64,000 nucleotides of DNA from Eledone cirrhosa (taxonomy: Eukaryota). A program made the translations under genes and the position numbers. The stretch spans positions 44,082,001 through 44,146,000 of the forward strand of contig OZ024745.1 in NCBI GenBank assembly GCA_964016885.1, given 5' to 3'. The notes under the pieces were generated by a model, which was given only the letters and a program-made list of their open reading frames with translations, searched no databases and was not told the origin of the DNA. Every line of letters begins with the position of its first letter. Positions within the stretch are counted from its first letter, which is position 1. Of this stretch, positions 38,322 through 51,100 are shown piece after piece.

Positions 38322-41300
38322 TGTAGCTGAAGCAATTGCAGCCGCCTCTTCAAGACCATACAGTTTATTCCCTATTAAATATACACCATCTGACCAAACA
38401 ACACAATCTTCATGGACCCAAACCTCAGATACATCAGAATTTAACTGCTCGCAGTCTAAATCGCTGCCACAACCACGTTCATCACTTGATGACTTTCGTA
38501 TTCGCCTATCAATACCACTGGTTTGCTCGACAAAAGGTAAAGTCCTCTTTCGTTTATGTTTACTATCCATTTTCGATAAATCTTCAGAAATAGGAGTCAG
38601 GGTTGAAGCATTAGGTGAGCTGTCGGGGTTAGAGGCTTGACCAAGAGGTGAAGGTAAAGGAGGTGCTGTTAATGCTGGTGGAACCTGTACTTTGTCAGGT
38701 TTTTCTGATTTTACAGTGGGGTGGAAGCCCTCTGGATAGTAAGGTCCAAATAAATCTCCTAAAAATTTGTAAGTGCTACCTTTACCACACAGTACACAAA
38801 CCCAAACATCCCCAATTAAAGAGGTTCGGGGAACTAAGACAGACTTTTCAGATGGTAAATTAGATATCTGAACTGAAGACCCAGTTGAGGGACATTTGAT
38901 TTTAGACTTCTTGTTCAGTTTAGAGTCATTGTCTTCTTGATGTTGATTAACAACCATGCAACTTGATGGTTCATCTTTTATAGTTGTCATTCGTATAAAT
39001 GGACCAGTTGTTACAGATCCCACCTCATTTTTTTTCTTTTTGGTGCTGGACATTAAATCCATTGTTTTTTTCAGTTTCAAAGACTTGAAAGAATCACTAT
39101 CAGGGGCAAAACTGCTATAAATATCAGACTTGCCACGACTTATCTTGCGACCCCGTAAAGGCCCTTTTGCAGGTGGTCGCCCTTTCTTTTTCTTTTTACC
39201 AGCAGATGTACTGCTCTTCTTGTCGGGTGTCATTGCCCCATCAGTTTCATTTGTTTCAGAAGGTGTCAATTCTTCTTTAAATTCTACATTTAAAGAAATC
39301 TGAGTATCAGGACAAAGCTCATTGGTTTTGCTGTCACATGCCTCTTCATCACTTAAGTCAGAGTTATTTTCCATGCTATTGGGAAATTCCTGTTTTATAG
39401 GATTACTCTCATCAGTTAAGTCTATTTCCAAGATTTCTACAGGAGCTTTAGAAATTGGTGCAGTTTCTGGTTCCGGATTTCTTGAAGGAAAAACTTCAGA
39501 TTTAATTGTCCTTTTTCTCTTAGAACAGAGAATATTTCCATCATAAGATACAGAATCAACCATCATATTTGTATCCACAACACAATCAAAGTCTACAGAT
39601 GATGAATTTTGTCGTTTTCGGCGTCTTCTTACCATTGGTTCTGGAGTGCGACTACTATCTTCTCCACTGACGTCATGCTCCATGGGACTAGCTTCTGCAG
39701 CTGTCGTGGAATGTTGTTCATCTTCATCACATGGTTCTTTTTTTATTGCTGTGGAATTATCTATTTGTTCTTCCTCGTTGGGGGTCGAATGAGTAGCCCT
39801 TTCAAAGAGACATTTTTTGTTCTCTTCAATGGAGTCAAGAGCTGTGTGACTTTTCTCTTCTTGAGATTTGGCTTGTTGGCTGATTCGGCTACTGCCTCTT
39901 TTTTTGTTTTTGGGAGTCTGACCTAATTCCTCTTTCTTAGATTGGGAACTATTATCACCAACTAACTCAACACTATCTTTTTGAAAGAGACTCTCTGTAT
40001 CCAGCTCTAACTTAGATTGTTCTGTCGTCATATTGTCTTCTTCTTTGCTGTCCAGAGCACTGTCAGAATTGGACAAGGTTTTAGTTTGTTCACAACCATT
40101 TGTTCTTTCTTCTGCCGGCTCTTCGACTCTTGATATGTGCTCATCATCAACTGTATCCAATTCACAACCGCCAGTAATCTCTGGCCCCCCACCAGCGTAC
40201 ACCTTACTCTGAGAAGTTGTAGTTGACCGGAGTAAAGAATTACGCATTTGCCGCGTATACGTGTTGCCTGAATCTTTACGTACACGAAGCCGAGAGCTGG
40301 TTTCATTGTCTTGTTCTTCTTTCTGAGCTATTGCTTTTACAGTCTGGTTATTTTGGATACGCTTTGATCTTTTCACTTTGCTAAGATTCGTTTGAGTAGC
40401 ACTAGTTTGTACACTTTGCTTGACAGCAGCAGCAGTAGTAGTTGTAGTAGTAGTAGTGGTTGTAGTAGTAGTAGTGGTTGCAGTAGTAGTAGTGGTAGTA
40501 GTAGGAAGGAGGGCTGATAAGGAAGTAGGAGTAGAAACAGCATTAGTTGTTAGGGTACTGCTTTCACTTGTAGATAATACAGGTGATGACACTGTGAGTG
40601 ATGAGTTTGTGTTAATCGTTGCAGTGGTTGATGCAGTTACTACATTGACATCAGTGGAAAGGCTAGAACTCACAGTCACTTTCTTTCTTGGACTGCGGCG
40701 TGTTGCTTGAGGTGGATTCTCATTACTTTTTAAAGAAACTGAAGGATTTGAATTATTGGCTGCATCAGATGATTTAGTTTCAGTATCGACTTTAATTTCT
40801 ACTTGTATTTCAGCAGTATTTTCTTTATGTTGGTTCTTGTTGTCTTTTGGAGAGCAAGAAATACCATCTTCGCATCTTGGACTGAGACACATAGTTTCTT
40901 CTTTACTCTGAGAGAGGTCTGGACTTGGATAAACCTCTGATATACCATTAACCAGAGGATTTGGTGAACACTGGTGTTGCTTTGGAGATGCAGGTGACTC
41001 ATTGTTATCTTGGTTGTTAGTTTCCATTTCTACTTCTATATTAACTAGAGGTTGAGAAAACAATGGAGTGGAGACAGCCGGGGGCACTGAGTGTGGTGGT
41101 GTATTAGCAGAATCAGAGCTAGGATTTCCTACAAGACATACTGACTTATTGGTAGTCTGAGATGGAGTTGCAGTATTTGAGCAAGAAGTAACACTAGCAT
41201 TCATAGAATTCTGTTCAGGAGAGAACAATGAATTGGAAATTGCTGAAGATGAAGACGTATCATCTAATGGTACACTTACGCTGGAATTCACAGTGGCAGT

Positions 41301-42287
41301 ACTGCTGTTATCCGAGTCAACAATATCTTGCTTATTGCTTTCAAAAGAAACCACTTCATGTTTCATTTCAACTGGAGAATTCTCCAATTTAGATTGAAAT
41401 GGAACTTTATTAAATGATGTTGAAATTTCCAATTGATCTGGTAGTTTTGAGTCAGCAGATGTTTCAGTGTGACTCACAGTATTGTTACTGGTGTCCTCAG
41501 CAAAGCGCACATCCCACTTAAGTGTAGATGGTGAAGGAACTGAAACCTGTGGTGGTGATGCTTTTGTGTTCAGGTTATCGTCTTGTTTGACTATGAGACC
41601 GTGAATGATCCCATTATCTTCCAATGTTGAAGAAGTGGGAGGCAACGAAAGAGGAGCTATAGTAGGGTTTAGTGGTGGAGGTGGTGATATTTTAAATGAA
41701 TAGTCCGACTTGGTAGAGCCAGAATTGTTGCTAGTGGTTGTGTTGCCATTATCACAGTGTTTTCCATCAGTACAACTGGTACTGCCGCAGGCAGTGCTAC
41801 TATTGCTGCAAGAGGTTGAGGACGAGTTGGAAGAAATACAGCCACCAGAATTTCGATGATCACTTGGAATATCACAGTTTTTTGGGCCTTCAATATTGTG
41901 AGAGGGGGAGGGTAGACAAGCATCATTGACTACACTCTTTGGATCTATCACTTGTGACTCTGGAAGCAACACAAGTTTTTCGAGTGATTGTAAGGGATTC
42001 TTGACAACAAGAGGAGCTGCTGTAGATTGGCTAGCAGTGGAGTCCTGGGAAGCATCACTAACATATGGGCTCATTGATGGTGTATGCTGGAAGTTTTGGC
42101 TTTGTGGGGGACTGTTAATATGAGCTTTCGACAATGCATAGGGTGAGCCAGCATGGCTTATTGGGGAACCTATAGGATGAGGAGAATATCGATTTTGAGA
42201 TGGCGGTCTTTGTTGTTGTGGTTGATGTTGTGGTTGTTGTTGTTGTTGAGGCTGTTGTTGATGATGTTGATGATGATGATGTTGCTG

Positions 42288-42318
<31 letters not shown>

Positions 42319-43295
42319 TGTTGTTGTTGTTGTTGTTGTTGATGTTGTGGACCTGGAGACTTAATACTAGTGTTGCATGTAACATAACCACTACTACTGT
42401 TACTGCCTAACGGAGATTGTTGCATCCCAGAAGAACTGTTTATTGAATGAGGAGGAGAGCAAATTTGTTTTCCACACCCCACAGGTGATGTCATCGATTG
42501 AACAGCACAAGGCGAACGAAGACTACTTGTAATTGGGGACGGCGTAGTGACAGGAGATTTCACATTGGCTGGAGCAGGACTATGTAAAGAGACAGGACTG
42601 GAATTTGGCATAGATTGGTTACTATGATGACTTGCTGGACTATGCATCAACATAGGACTGATTGGTGAAGTACGGGCTGCAGGTGGATGGGGTGATGTGC
42701 TAGGATAGCCATACTGAGCAGCATTGTGACGCATCTGCGGCTGAACAGGACTGTTACAAGTCTGCATGGTATACTGGGGTGAACGGGGTAGGTGATATGG
42801 TGCAGTCCGGCTCTTGTTGATGGGAACATGTACTGTCTGATTACTAGGATAGTTTACCGAAGCCATTTGCAAAATATTGTCGGCTACTTGCTGTGGGTTC
42901 TGGCAACTGGAGGAGTGTCGCATATATGGATGAGAATGTGGATTGTGGGAAGAACTAGAAGAAGAAGCAGGTGATGAACTGTACATGGAATTGCTGGCCA
43001 TATTAGACATCTGTGCAGCTGATAACTGTGACATTTGTGCAGCTGACATTTGTACAGCAGCAGCAGCAGCAGCGGAGCTCTGTGCCACAGCACCCATAGA
43101 AGAGTAATGAGAGGCTTGGTAGGGGCTAGAAAAACGCTGTCCCATGAACTGTTGAGATTGGTTATGTTGGTTGTACATTGCTGCTGCTGCAGCTGCATTG
43201 TGTCCATGAAAAGAAGTCTGTTGGGAAAGCATCATATGACTGGAAGGATGATCGCCATAACTCTGCAGTGGATAACCAGACATACCACGACTCAT
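38322..43295 (-). CDS. TCF20: TCF20/RAI1-like transcriptional co-regulator, giant coding exon (1658 codons): S/P/Q-rich disordered N-terminus, polyQ, polyT, basic NLS and AT-hook-like KKKKKGRPPAK, first half of the extended PHD
   Basis: 1681-aa ORF bounded by acceptor tttgtag|ATG and donor ACA|gtaagt at 38321. The motifs WVCVLCGK..YKFLGDLFGPYY and EVWVHEDCVVWSDGVYLIGNKLYGLEEA match the TCF20/RAI1 ePHD pattern (CxxC..GDLxGPxY; WVHExC..W..G.YL...LYGL.EA). An invertebrate gene is probably co-orthologous to both TCF20 and RAI1. Confidence 0.93.
40430..40503 (-). repeat. Coding ACT/ACA/ACC repeat encoding a polyThr tract
   Basis: (gta)n/(gtt)n on the plus strand translates to about 20 Thr interrupted by Ala. 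Confidence 0.9.
42210..42348 (-). repeat. Coding CAA/CAG/CAT repeat encoding a polyQ/His tract
   Basis: tgt/tgc/tga triplet runs translate to an 18-Q run, then PQQQHHHHQHHQQQPQQQQQ. Confidence 0.9.
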
Positions 43296-43969
43296 CTACA
43301 AATACAAATAAAATACATCAAAATGATACACTTTGGAATAGCCAAAACTTAAATATATCTGCAAAGGTGCTCAGGCCTTTCTTACTTTTGAGAATTAGTA
43401 TAAGAGGAAATGCAAAAAATAATTATAAAAAATTTTTAAAAAATGAAGAACTTCAAAAACATTTTGAGTTTCTGAAAGAACTCAATGTTCTCCTTTTAGT
43501 CAATAATTTGACATATTTTAATGAAATGTAATTTACCTTAAAATGGTTTTATATCTATTTTTCAAAGCTAGCATGCAATGGATGCATTTGAAAATCTTGA
43601 TATTTGCATCTGAAGTATTTTTAGTTAAATCTACTTCAATAGGTGCTACAATGGGACAAAAATATATCTTCAAAATTTCAATCAATGACTTTAGAAGAAA
43701 TGTAGTACAACAATCACACACTTGTCGAGTCTGCTCAGAAAACTAAAATATAAACCACTATATAGTACTAAAAATACTAATCTCTCTTATAAGATATATC
43801 ATAATATCGCAAACTATAATGAACCAGTTGATATCATTAGTGAAACTTAAGATTAGAATCAATTGAATGTTTGTAATTTAGTTTAGTATACTAATATTAA
43901 AACAAGGAAATGAAAGAGAATACAAGTAAAACAACTCATTTCAATTAACAACTTAAAGGGATCTATTAC

Positions 43970-44073
43970 CATCTGAGGATTGTCTCTGGTGAGGTAATCA
44001 GAGCTTAGAGCCATACGTCCAGTGTTGGCACCATAAGGATTAGGCATATCCTCCGGATAATGATTCATAGGAC
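43970..44073 (-). CDS. TCF20: TCF20/RAI1-like gene, upstream coding exon (MNHYPEDMPNPYGANTGRMALSSDYLTRDNPQM; candidate ATG at 44068)
   Basis: Acceptor ttttatttttttgtag| ends at 44074 and donor ATG|gtaata starts at 43969. The phase-0 donor joins in frame to the giant exon. It is unclear whether 44068 is the true start or the frame continues into upstream exons. Confidence 0.75.
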
Positions 44074-44715
44074 CTACAAAAAAATAAAAGAAAGGTTTTA
44101 AAATAAGTAGCATTCCCAAACAGTTATCAAAATGGTATAAACTGCATTAAGTTTGAATTATAAGACAATAAATAGCTGCATTTTTTTTTCTGTGTTTTCA
44201 CCATGTCTTTAATTAAGTTTTAATAGTAATTAAAAGGGGGCTATTTTTTTTTTTTTTTCTTTGAAATTAATAAAACAGTGGTTAGAGATGATATTACTTG
44301 AAATTAGATGTCCAAATGACTGGCCCTATTATCATTATTTACAGCACAAATAATCAATTCATAAAGTGAGTTTAGAGGCGAGGCAGATTGATGTGGTCAA
44401 TACTCAACCTGAGTATCAGCAACTTGATACAAAGGAGAAAAAAAACAGAGGCAAGAAGATAATTTGGGACTTGGTCCAAACATATGCAAGAGTGGACTCC
44501 CCTAGAGTCCCATGTAGTGACATTAACCTTTTTGACACCAAATCGCCACTGGTTCTACAATACAAAGCATATGAAATATGCAACTTGACATTCTATTATT
44601 TGTCCTTTTACTGGTTTTAGTCTGGTACATATTTTATTGATTTCCATTTGTTGAACTTCTAAGTTATAACACAACATAAACCCTAGTTTTTATAACGATG
44701 TAAACATGGACACAG

Positions 44716-44747
<32 letters not shown>

Positions 44748-44754
44748 GACAGAT

Positions 44755-44990
44755 TCTAATGTCTGTGGTTGGAAAGCAGAGGTCAGTGCTGAACGAAATG
44801 ACATGCATGCTGTATTTCAGATTGCCAAGTTGATTACTGGTACTTCAAAAAGCAGGTCAGGCCTGATCAAAGGATGGAACCCTGCCGTCCAAATGCGAAG
44901 ATAAACTTGTGGGATGAGTTGAGCATTTCAAGGAAGTACTAAACCGACCTGAGCCTGACTCTCTGGCATTAACTGAAGAACCCTCTTAAC
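44755..44990 (+). mobile_element. Decayed RTE LINE fragment (linker between endonuclease and RT)
   Basis: ..IKDG..*VEHFKEVLNRPEP-like frame. Confidence 0.55.
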
Positions 44991-47883
44991 CTCTTCTGTC
45001 ACTGGTGACTTCTCAGAGATACTAAACCAGCCACAAATATCAACTGACATTCCACAAACTACAAATGCATCCCCAGACTAAAGTACTGTTCACATATCTG
45101 GAATAGTGTCATTGTCATATCAAATATTTTACACCACATCTAAAAACATGCCATCTAAGTTTTTGACAAACTTTCATTCATCAACATGTTACAACCACTA
45201 GCATATTAGCATGCCATATCGACCCGCTTACTACCACTATAACAATTCTTGCATTTCTGAACTAATACTTCCATTCAATTCACTTACACTTCCTCTCAGC
45301 CCTTTTTTTAGCAAGGTTTCTATAGCTGGATGCCCTTCTTATCAACAACCACCTTATTGATTGTGGCACTAGTACTAGAGAGGTTGCTGTACCATGACTA
45401 GATGGTCCTTTCAACTCTTTTTGGATGCTTTCTATGGATGGAAGCCCTTCCTAACACGAATCATTTTATAGTGTACTGGATGCATTTTATATACCAGCAT
45501 AACAGAGATTGTTTGACTTAACTGAAAAGACCTCCCTACCCGATGATGGAGGAGGGGTGAACACCTAACCTAATAGAGACAAGGCTGCGTTTGTGAAAAG
45601 CTCTAAATAGATTTCTCCTAGCTTTTTTTTTTTTTTAAATAAAAAGTTGATATTGGATAAAAAGAAGCTAACCAAATTAGTAATTTGACAATTGGAAAAA
45701 CCAGTGGCAATCATTTCACAATATACAAACATTGAAATTACAATATATGAGAATCTGAGAGAAACACTTTGCCAACCCAATTTCATTAATATAGAGAAAA
45801 GTATAAATAAAATAGAGAACTCTTTAGATATGTTATGTGGTAAAGAAAACAGGGCATAGCGTTATGTTATAATTTAACTTATTTTCTCTACTACTTTGTC
45901 TTTATCTCATATTTTAAAGTTTTCTTTATTAGAGGTTGACCTATACACAAGGGATATGCTTCCTAAATTTATTTCAGCATGAAATTTTTACATAATTTAA
46001 AATTGCAGAACCTATGCCTATATTTTACAAACAATCTCCACCACTCCAGTTTCAATAAGACATTAATTGAAATAAAAACTGTTTGAGAGGGATGATTTAA
46101 TGCATATATAAAAATAAGTCACATTTTCTTTTAATTAAATTATATTAAAAAGCACCTCTTCTAGTGGAACTCCAGAATTTCCCACAAAAGCCTAGGGATC
46201 TGCGGAACCCCATTTTGAAAGCACTACCATAGAGCATAAGATTATGGGATTTTAGTAAGTGCTATGTTTGAGCTAAAATACTAGATTATAACATTCTAAC
46301 AATTATTATTGAAACATCTTTTCATGGGTTATTCCAAATAAATCAATATAGAATTTACTTTTATAACATGAATAAATGAAATAGCTACGAGAAAAATACT
46401 TTCTGCCTATTATGGTTCAACTTTGCCTTTTATATCTCTGGGGTTAATAAAAAAAAAAAAATACTATCTAATCACTATAAGTTAATCCAGACAAAATATT
46501 TCCCTCATGCCCAGTTAAATGAAAATGATAATTCAAGAACGACTATGTGAAAATATTCAATATTTTACTAAGAAACAGATATTTTTACCATGTAAATACT
46601 AGCTTTAAAAAATAGTTTCAAATAAAACATATTGTAAAAAGAAAAGAAAGAAAAGAAACCAATCCATTAAAAATGTATAAGATGAAGCAGTACATTAACT
46701 TTGTTTACATTAGTAGATGTGTGAAAATTATAGATAATTGCAGAAATCACTAATCTGAGATGACACATGCTGCAACACATTCTCCAGTTCCAACCAGGTC
46801 ATTTTGACACCAGGCACTGCCACCCATAACACTGGGACTTGACTGACCACTTATTTTTTATGCTAGTCATCATCGAGACCTCTGGTGTCCTTGTTCACCA
46901 GACTGCCATTTACCTCCATAAAATCCCACCTGAAGGAGCTCTGTGAGGTGGACTGGCTAGTGTTGCTAGTTGTAAACTGTGATAATGCTTTCAACATCTT
47001 GTCTGTGGAGTGCAGCTGAGATGTTGCAGAACCAAGCATCTAAAAGTGCCCTTCTCTTCCCCCTTTTCATCATTTAACCCCCACCCTTATCACCACCATT
47101 TTTTCTCTCTTCTTTTTTTATTATTTTAATCCCCTTTTTAAAATACTTTCACTACTGTATGATTTCTTTAGAGAAAGAATAGAGAAATATATTAAAATAA
47201 AAAGTCTGAAAACTTTTATAAAATGTGTAATTTATACAAAATAAAATTCTATTATTGAAAGTTACAAACCTAAGTCCTAAATATTTAATTCTTACAAAGG
47301 AAAAATAAAACAAAGATATTTTCCCATATTCTGCTTATTTAACAGAATATACAGAAACAGCTATGTAGTTTTAAATCATTTAAGTAAGACCTATCAGTTT
47401 CCATCAAAATAAAACAAGAAAGATTTATGTTACAGCAACATGAAATGTATGGAGACTAAAGGGATAATTACTAATATTTAGACTGTATTTATTCACAGTA
47501 ATTCTATCTCTAGTTTCTCACGGAAGTTCCTTACTTTTAAAGGAAATGTTGCCAACTACAAAAAAAAGAAGCTTGGGAAAAAAGATTCTATGTTGCTTTG
47601 TAGTCTCAATGTCACTAAAACAGTTGCTATGTAGAAACTTGATCTGCCAAGATGTATTAAAACCAAAGAATTTTCAGATGATACTAGAGTTCATGGTGAA
47701 AAGTTGTACATAACCTTGTGGTAGTTTCTTATATTCTGACATGGGTGTGGTACATGTTATTAGCGGAGTAGAATAATTTCAGAAGTCTATTCAAACATGC
47801 TATTTAGTTTATACATTTCAACTTGGCTTTCAACCCCCTTCTTATAAATCAATATAAATAATATATTTTTATAACAATGAGCT

Positions 47884-48122
47884 TTAATCCTTTTGATACC
47901 AACCCAGTTAAAATCGCCCTTGGTTCTATGAAACAGAACTATCCATTTTAAAAGTAATTCTGTTTAAATTAAAACCTTCCAACATAATTTTATATAAGAA
48001 CTTTTTGTTAAATTATGTTACAAATACCATCTTAAAATAATAAATAATTTTAGTAAACCCATCCAAATTATTCATTAATTAGTTGAAAGACAGTGGATTT
48101 CAATGGTAATGAAAGGATTAAT
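47884..48122. mobile_element. Second TTAA-flanked MITE family (end motif ttaaccyttttgatacca); other copies or ends near 30460, 32750-32875, 35700-35811, 36638-36865, 44523, 58415-58855, 62800-63050
   Basis: Recurrent terminus TTAACCCTTTTGATACCAA, with a complementary ..aaag(g)ttaa about 230 bp away, and a shared internal ttatgttacaaatacca. Confidence 0.6.
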
Positions 48123-51100
48123 AATGGATTTCATTAAACTGTATTTAGCTAAAATAAATCACAGGATAGCTCATAACTACAAAAGTGATGCATCTAGTTC
48201 ACAATTAATAAACAAGCATATTTCACTATGAAAAAACAAATTAGGGGTCAATTGTTTAATAGATGAGGCAATATGTATCAATTATTGAAATAATTCAACA
48301 AAAGACAATGGAAAAAAAAAATATATATATATACTGAGTCATCAACTTCAAGTGATTCATAAAAACTAATTTGTAATTCAGACCATATAGCAACTACCAT
48401 ATATAAAAAAAAAAGAAAACTTTTATGACTATTAAATACAGAATGGTGAAAGAATATAACTGAGTCATAATTATAAAGCTAGATCAATGGCCAAACCTTA
48501 TTTATTACTCATCACAAATCACTTACCACTATCCTTAAACTGAAAAACATAATATTTATCTTTCAAACATGTTATTATCTTGTTATCTATTGTTACTCAC
48601 CATTATCAGTTTTGTTCAATGCTACAATTTCTATGATTACATATAAAATATGAGTAATTAATTAGGCAATATTTATGAATCCTAATGAGAAACTCTGAAA
48701 TATATATCTAGTTCACTAAAGTCCAAATAGGTGAAAGCATTTGGACCTAGTGTACATGCATATGTTTCACGGACAGACTCACACTTATGTTGTACCAATA
48801 CTTTCATGACAGTTGTACTGATACTTTCAAAGTTGTACTAATACTTTCATGACAGTTCCCACACTGGTTTATCTATTTGGAACATATTGTCATTTGCCAA
48901 TTAAATTGCCTAAAATAATAGTATTATTTTTAGCAGCACTATCATGTCACTAAATTTGTTTGGGCCCATGTTCTTGACAATATTGTTTGTTAATTACCCA
49001 CAAAAAAATCTTCCTTTAACTGGAATTAGGCTCATAGAATAAAAACATTTTTTTTTTTTACTGAATGCCAAAATGAGAAAACATTACAAACCTCAAAAAA
49101 ACAAGATAAACATTTTGCCTACTAATATGTTCCATTTGACTGAAAACTGATAAACAAAATGCATACTTTGAAAAATAAAATAATAATAAAATTTATTTTG
49201 ATATGCAAATAATTATAATAAAATAACCAACACTGTAATATAAGAGAAAATAAAGATGATGGAAAACAAAATATAACTGGTTATGGAATACTAGTAATAG
49301 TTGCCAGCATAATATAAAGTGACAAGTGAAATAGCCAACAAAGATTCTTTTAAAATGTTCAATTTTTCATATGAACTCAATACAAATTAGAAGCTGGCAG
49401 TTACTATCTAACAGGGTATAAGCTAAACTTTGTTTTGATGTTTACAAGATGGCATCTAGATTATCATATTGCTTTCAGAAATGTAATACAATTTGAAACT
49501 GTTTTGATGAACATAAAAAATAGACAAAGTGACAACCTAAGTTTTGTCATATACAACATTCAGAACAATGAATTTTGATTCCACTCCTATTATTAGTATC
49601 ACTGTCATTTTTGTTAAAGGAAAGCTAAAAAGTAGCAGAATCATCATGCTCTTTACTTGTTATGCTCATCAGTTTAGCTTAGATACTAAATACATAAACA
49701 AAACATTTCAAATTTAATATACACCTATTACCATGAACAAGTTAACATGCTTTTACAAACAAGTATCGGTTATTTATATACTAGACAGAGCATTTTCTTA
49801 TGTTTCTTTGAAAATAGAGTGAAATGATTTGAAGACATTTTACTGCAATGCTGAACATACTGTTAGCCAAGGTTTAAAGAAGCATTATCTCTCGAGTAGA
49901 GAGAATACCTTGATGTCTGATAACACCATTCTTGGGGAGGGACAGGTACACTGGTTCTCACCTGACTAAATTCTGGCTCCAGGGCATTTTTTAGCCACAC
50001 CCTGGTAACTTTCTGCTGGCAGGCTAAACTTTGGACACTTGAGCATTTTTAAAGCCCAAAGAAATTATGGTTACAGTCAAATTCTAGTGACACCCCAATG
50101 ACTGGTTGCAGCAATTATGATAAAATGAATGCTGCCAAGCATTTCTAAAGCCCACTGAAACGCCATGATAGGCATACAATAAAATAAGGTAAAATAAACA
50201 TTAAATTTATAGTGATATGAGTTCTTACCATATGATTTATGAAGAAAAGTTCCTTCAGATACAAGAAATGTGAAGAAAACAACAGCAATATTTCACGTAA
50301 GGTGCAATATTTTTTCTAGCCTCCATAACAAATAAATATTGTACTTAGTTAACACAATTAGCTTTGGAGGTAAAGATAGCTTAGCAACTTCATTCTCTCT
50401 ATATATAGAAGACAAACTGCATGATTTATATATTTATTATAACCATGATGCTACAGTGTTGTGGAACTTAGACAGTAAGCACATTCAGATATCATGCAAC
50501 AATTAGAGAGGAAATATCTAAGGATTTGAAAAATGTGCAAAATTAATTTGAGAGTGAAGTAAAATGCAAATTGAAAATGTGCATGTATATAAGTATGTAT
50601 ATGCAAATGTAATGATGATTGGCATAGCAGACATGGCTCTTACAGTATGGAAAAATAATGTAACTGGATAATATAGGTTTGAAGAAGTGCCTTGAGATAA
50701 TAGTGAAGAGTACATGGAGTAGAAGAGGGACTAGAGATAACCTTTACACAAATGGCTTCTGTATATGGTGAAGCTAACACAACAGATATTTGTAGCAAAT
50801 ATCACCACCAACTGGTTCTTAAATGTACATACAATATTATCTCTAATTGCAAACCACAATAAATCAAATAAGACCCATGAGTGACTGGCCTCACTAATGA
50901 AAGCAAACATAACTAGCAGAGAGCTAAATTAAACATTAAAATATAGGAGGCCATACAACATTGATATCTAACCAATGCCAACATAGAATAACAGGCATCA
51001 ATGATAATGATAAGAAAAATTACATTAATAATAGCCCTGTTTTATAATAAGTCTCATGATTATGATTATTTGAACAGTAAAAGAGTATGTTGAAGATACT

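Noticed and set aside
38299-43531. Antisense and alternative-frame ORFs overlapping the giant exon
   Set aside because: They are shadow ORFs produced by codon bias and triplet repeats, with no recognisable motifs.
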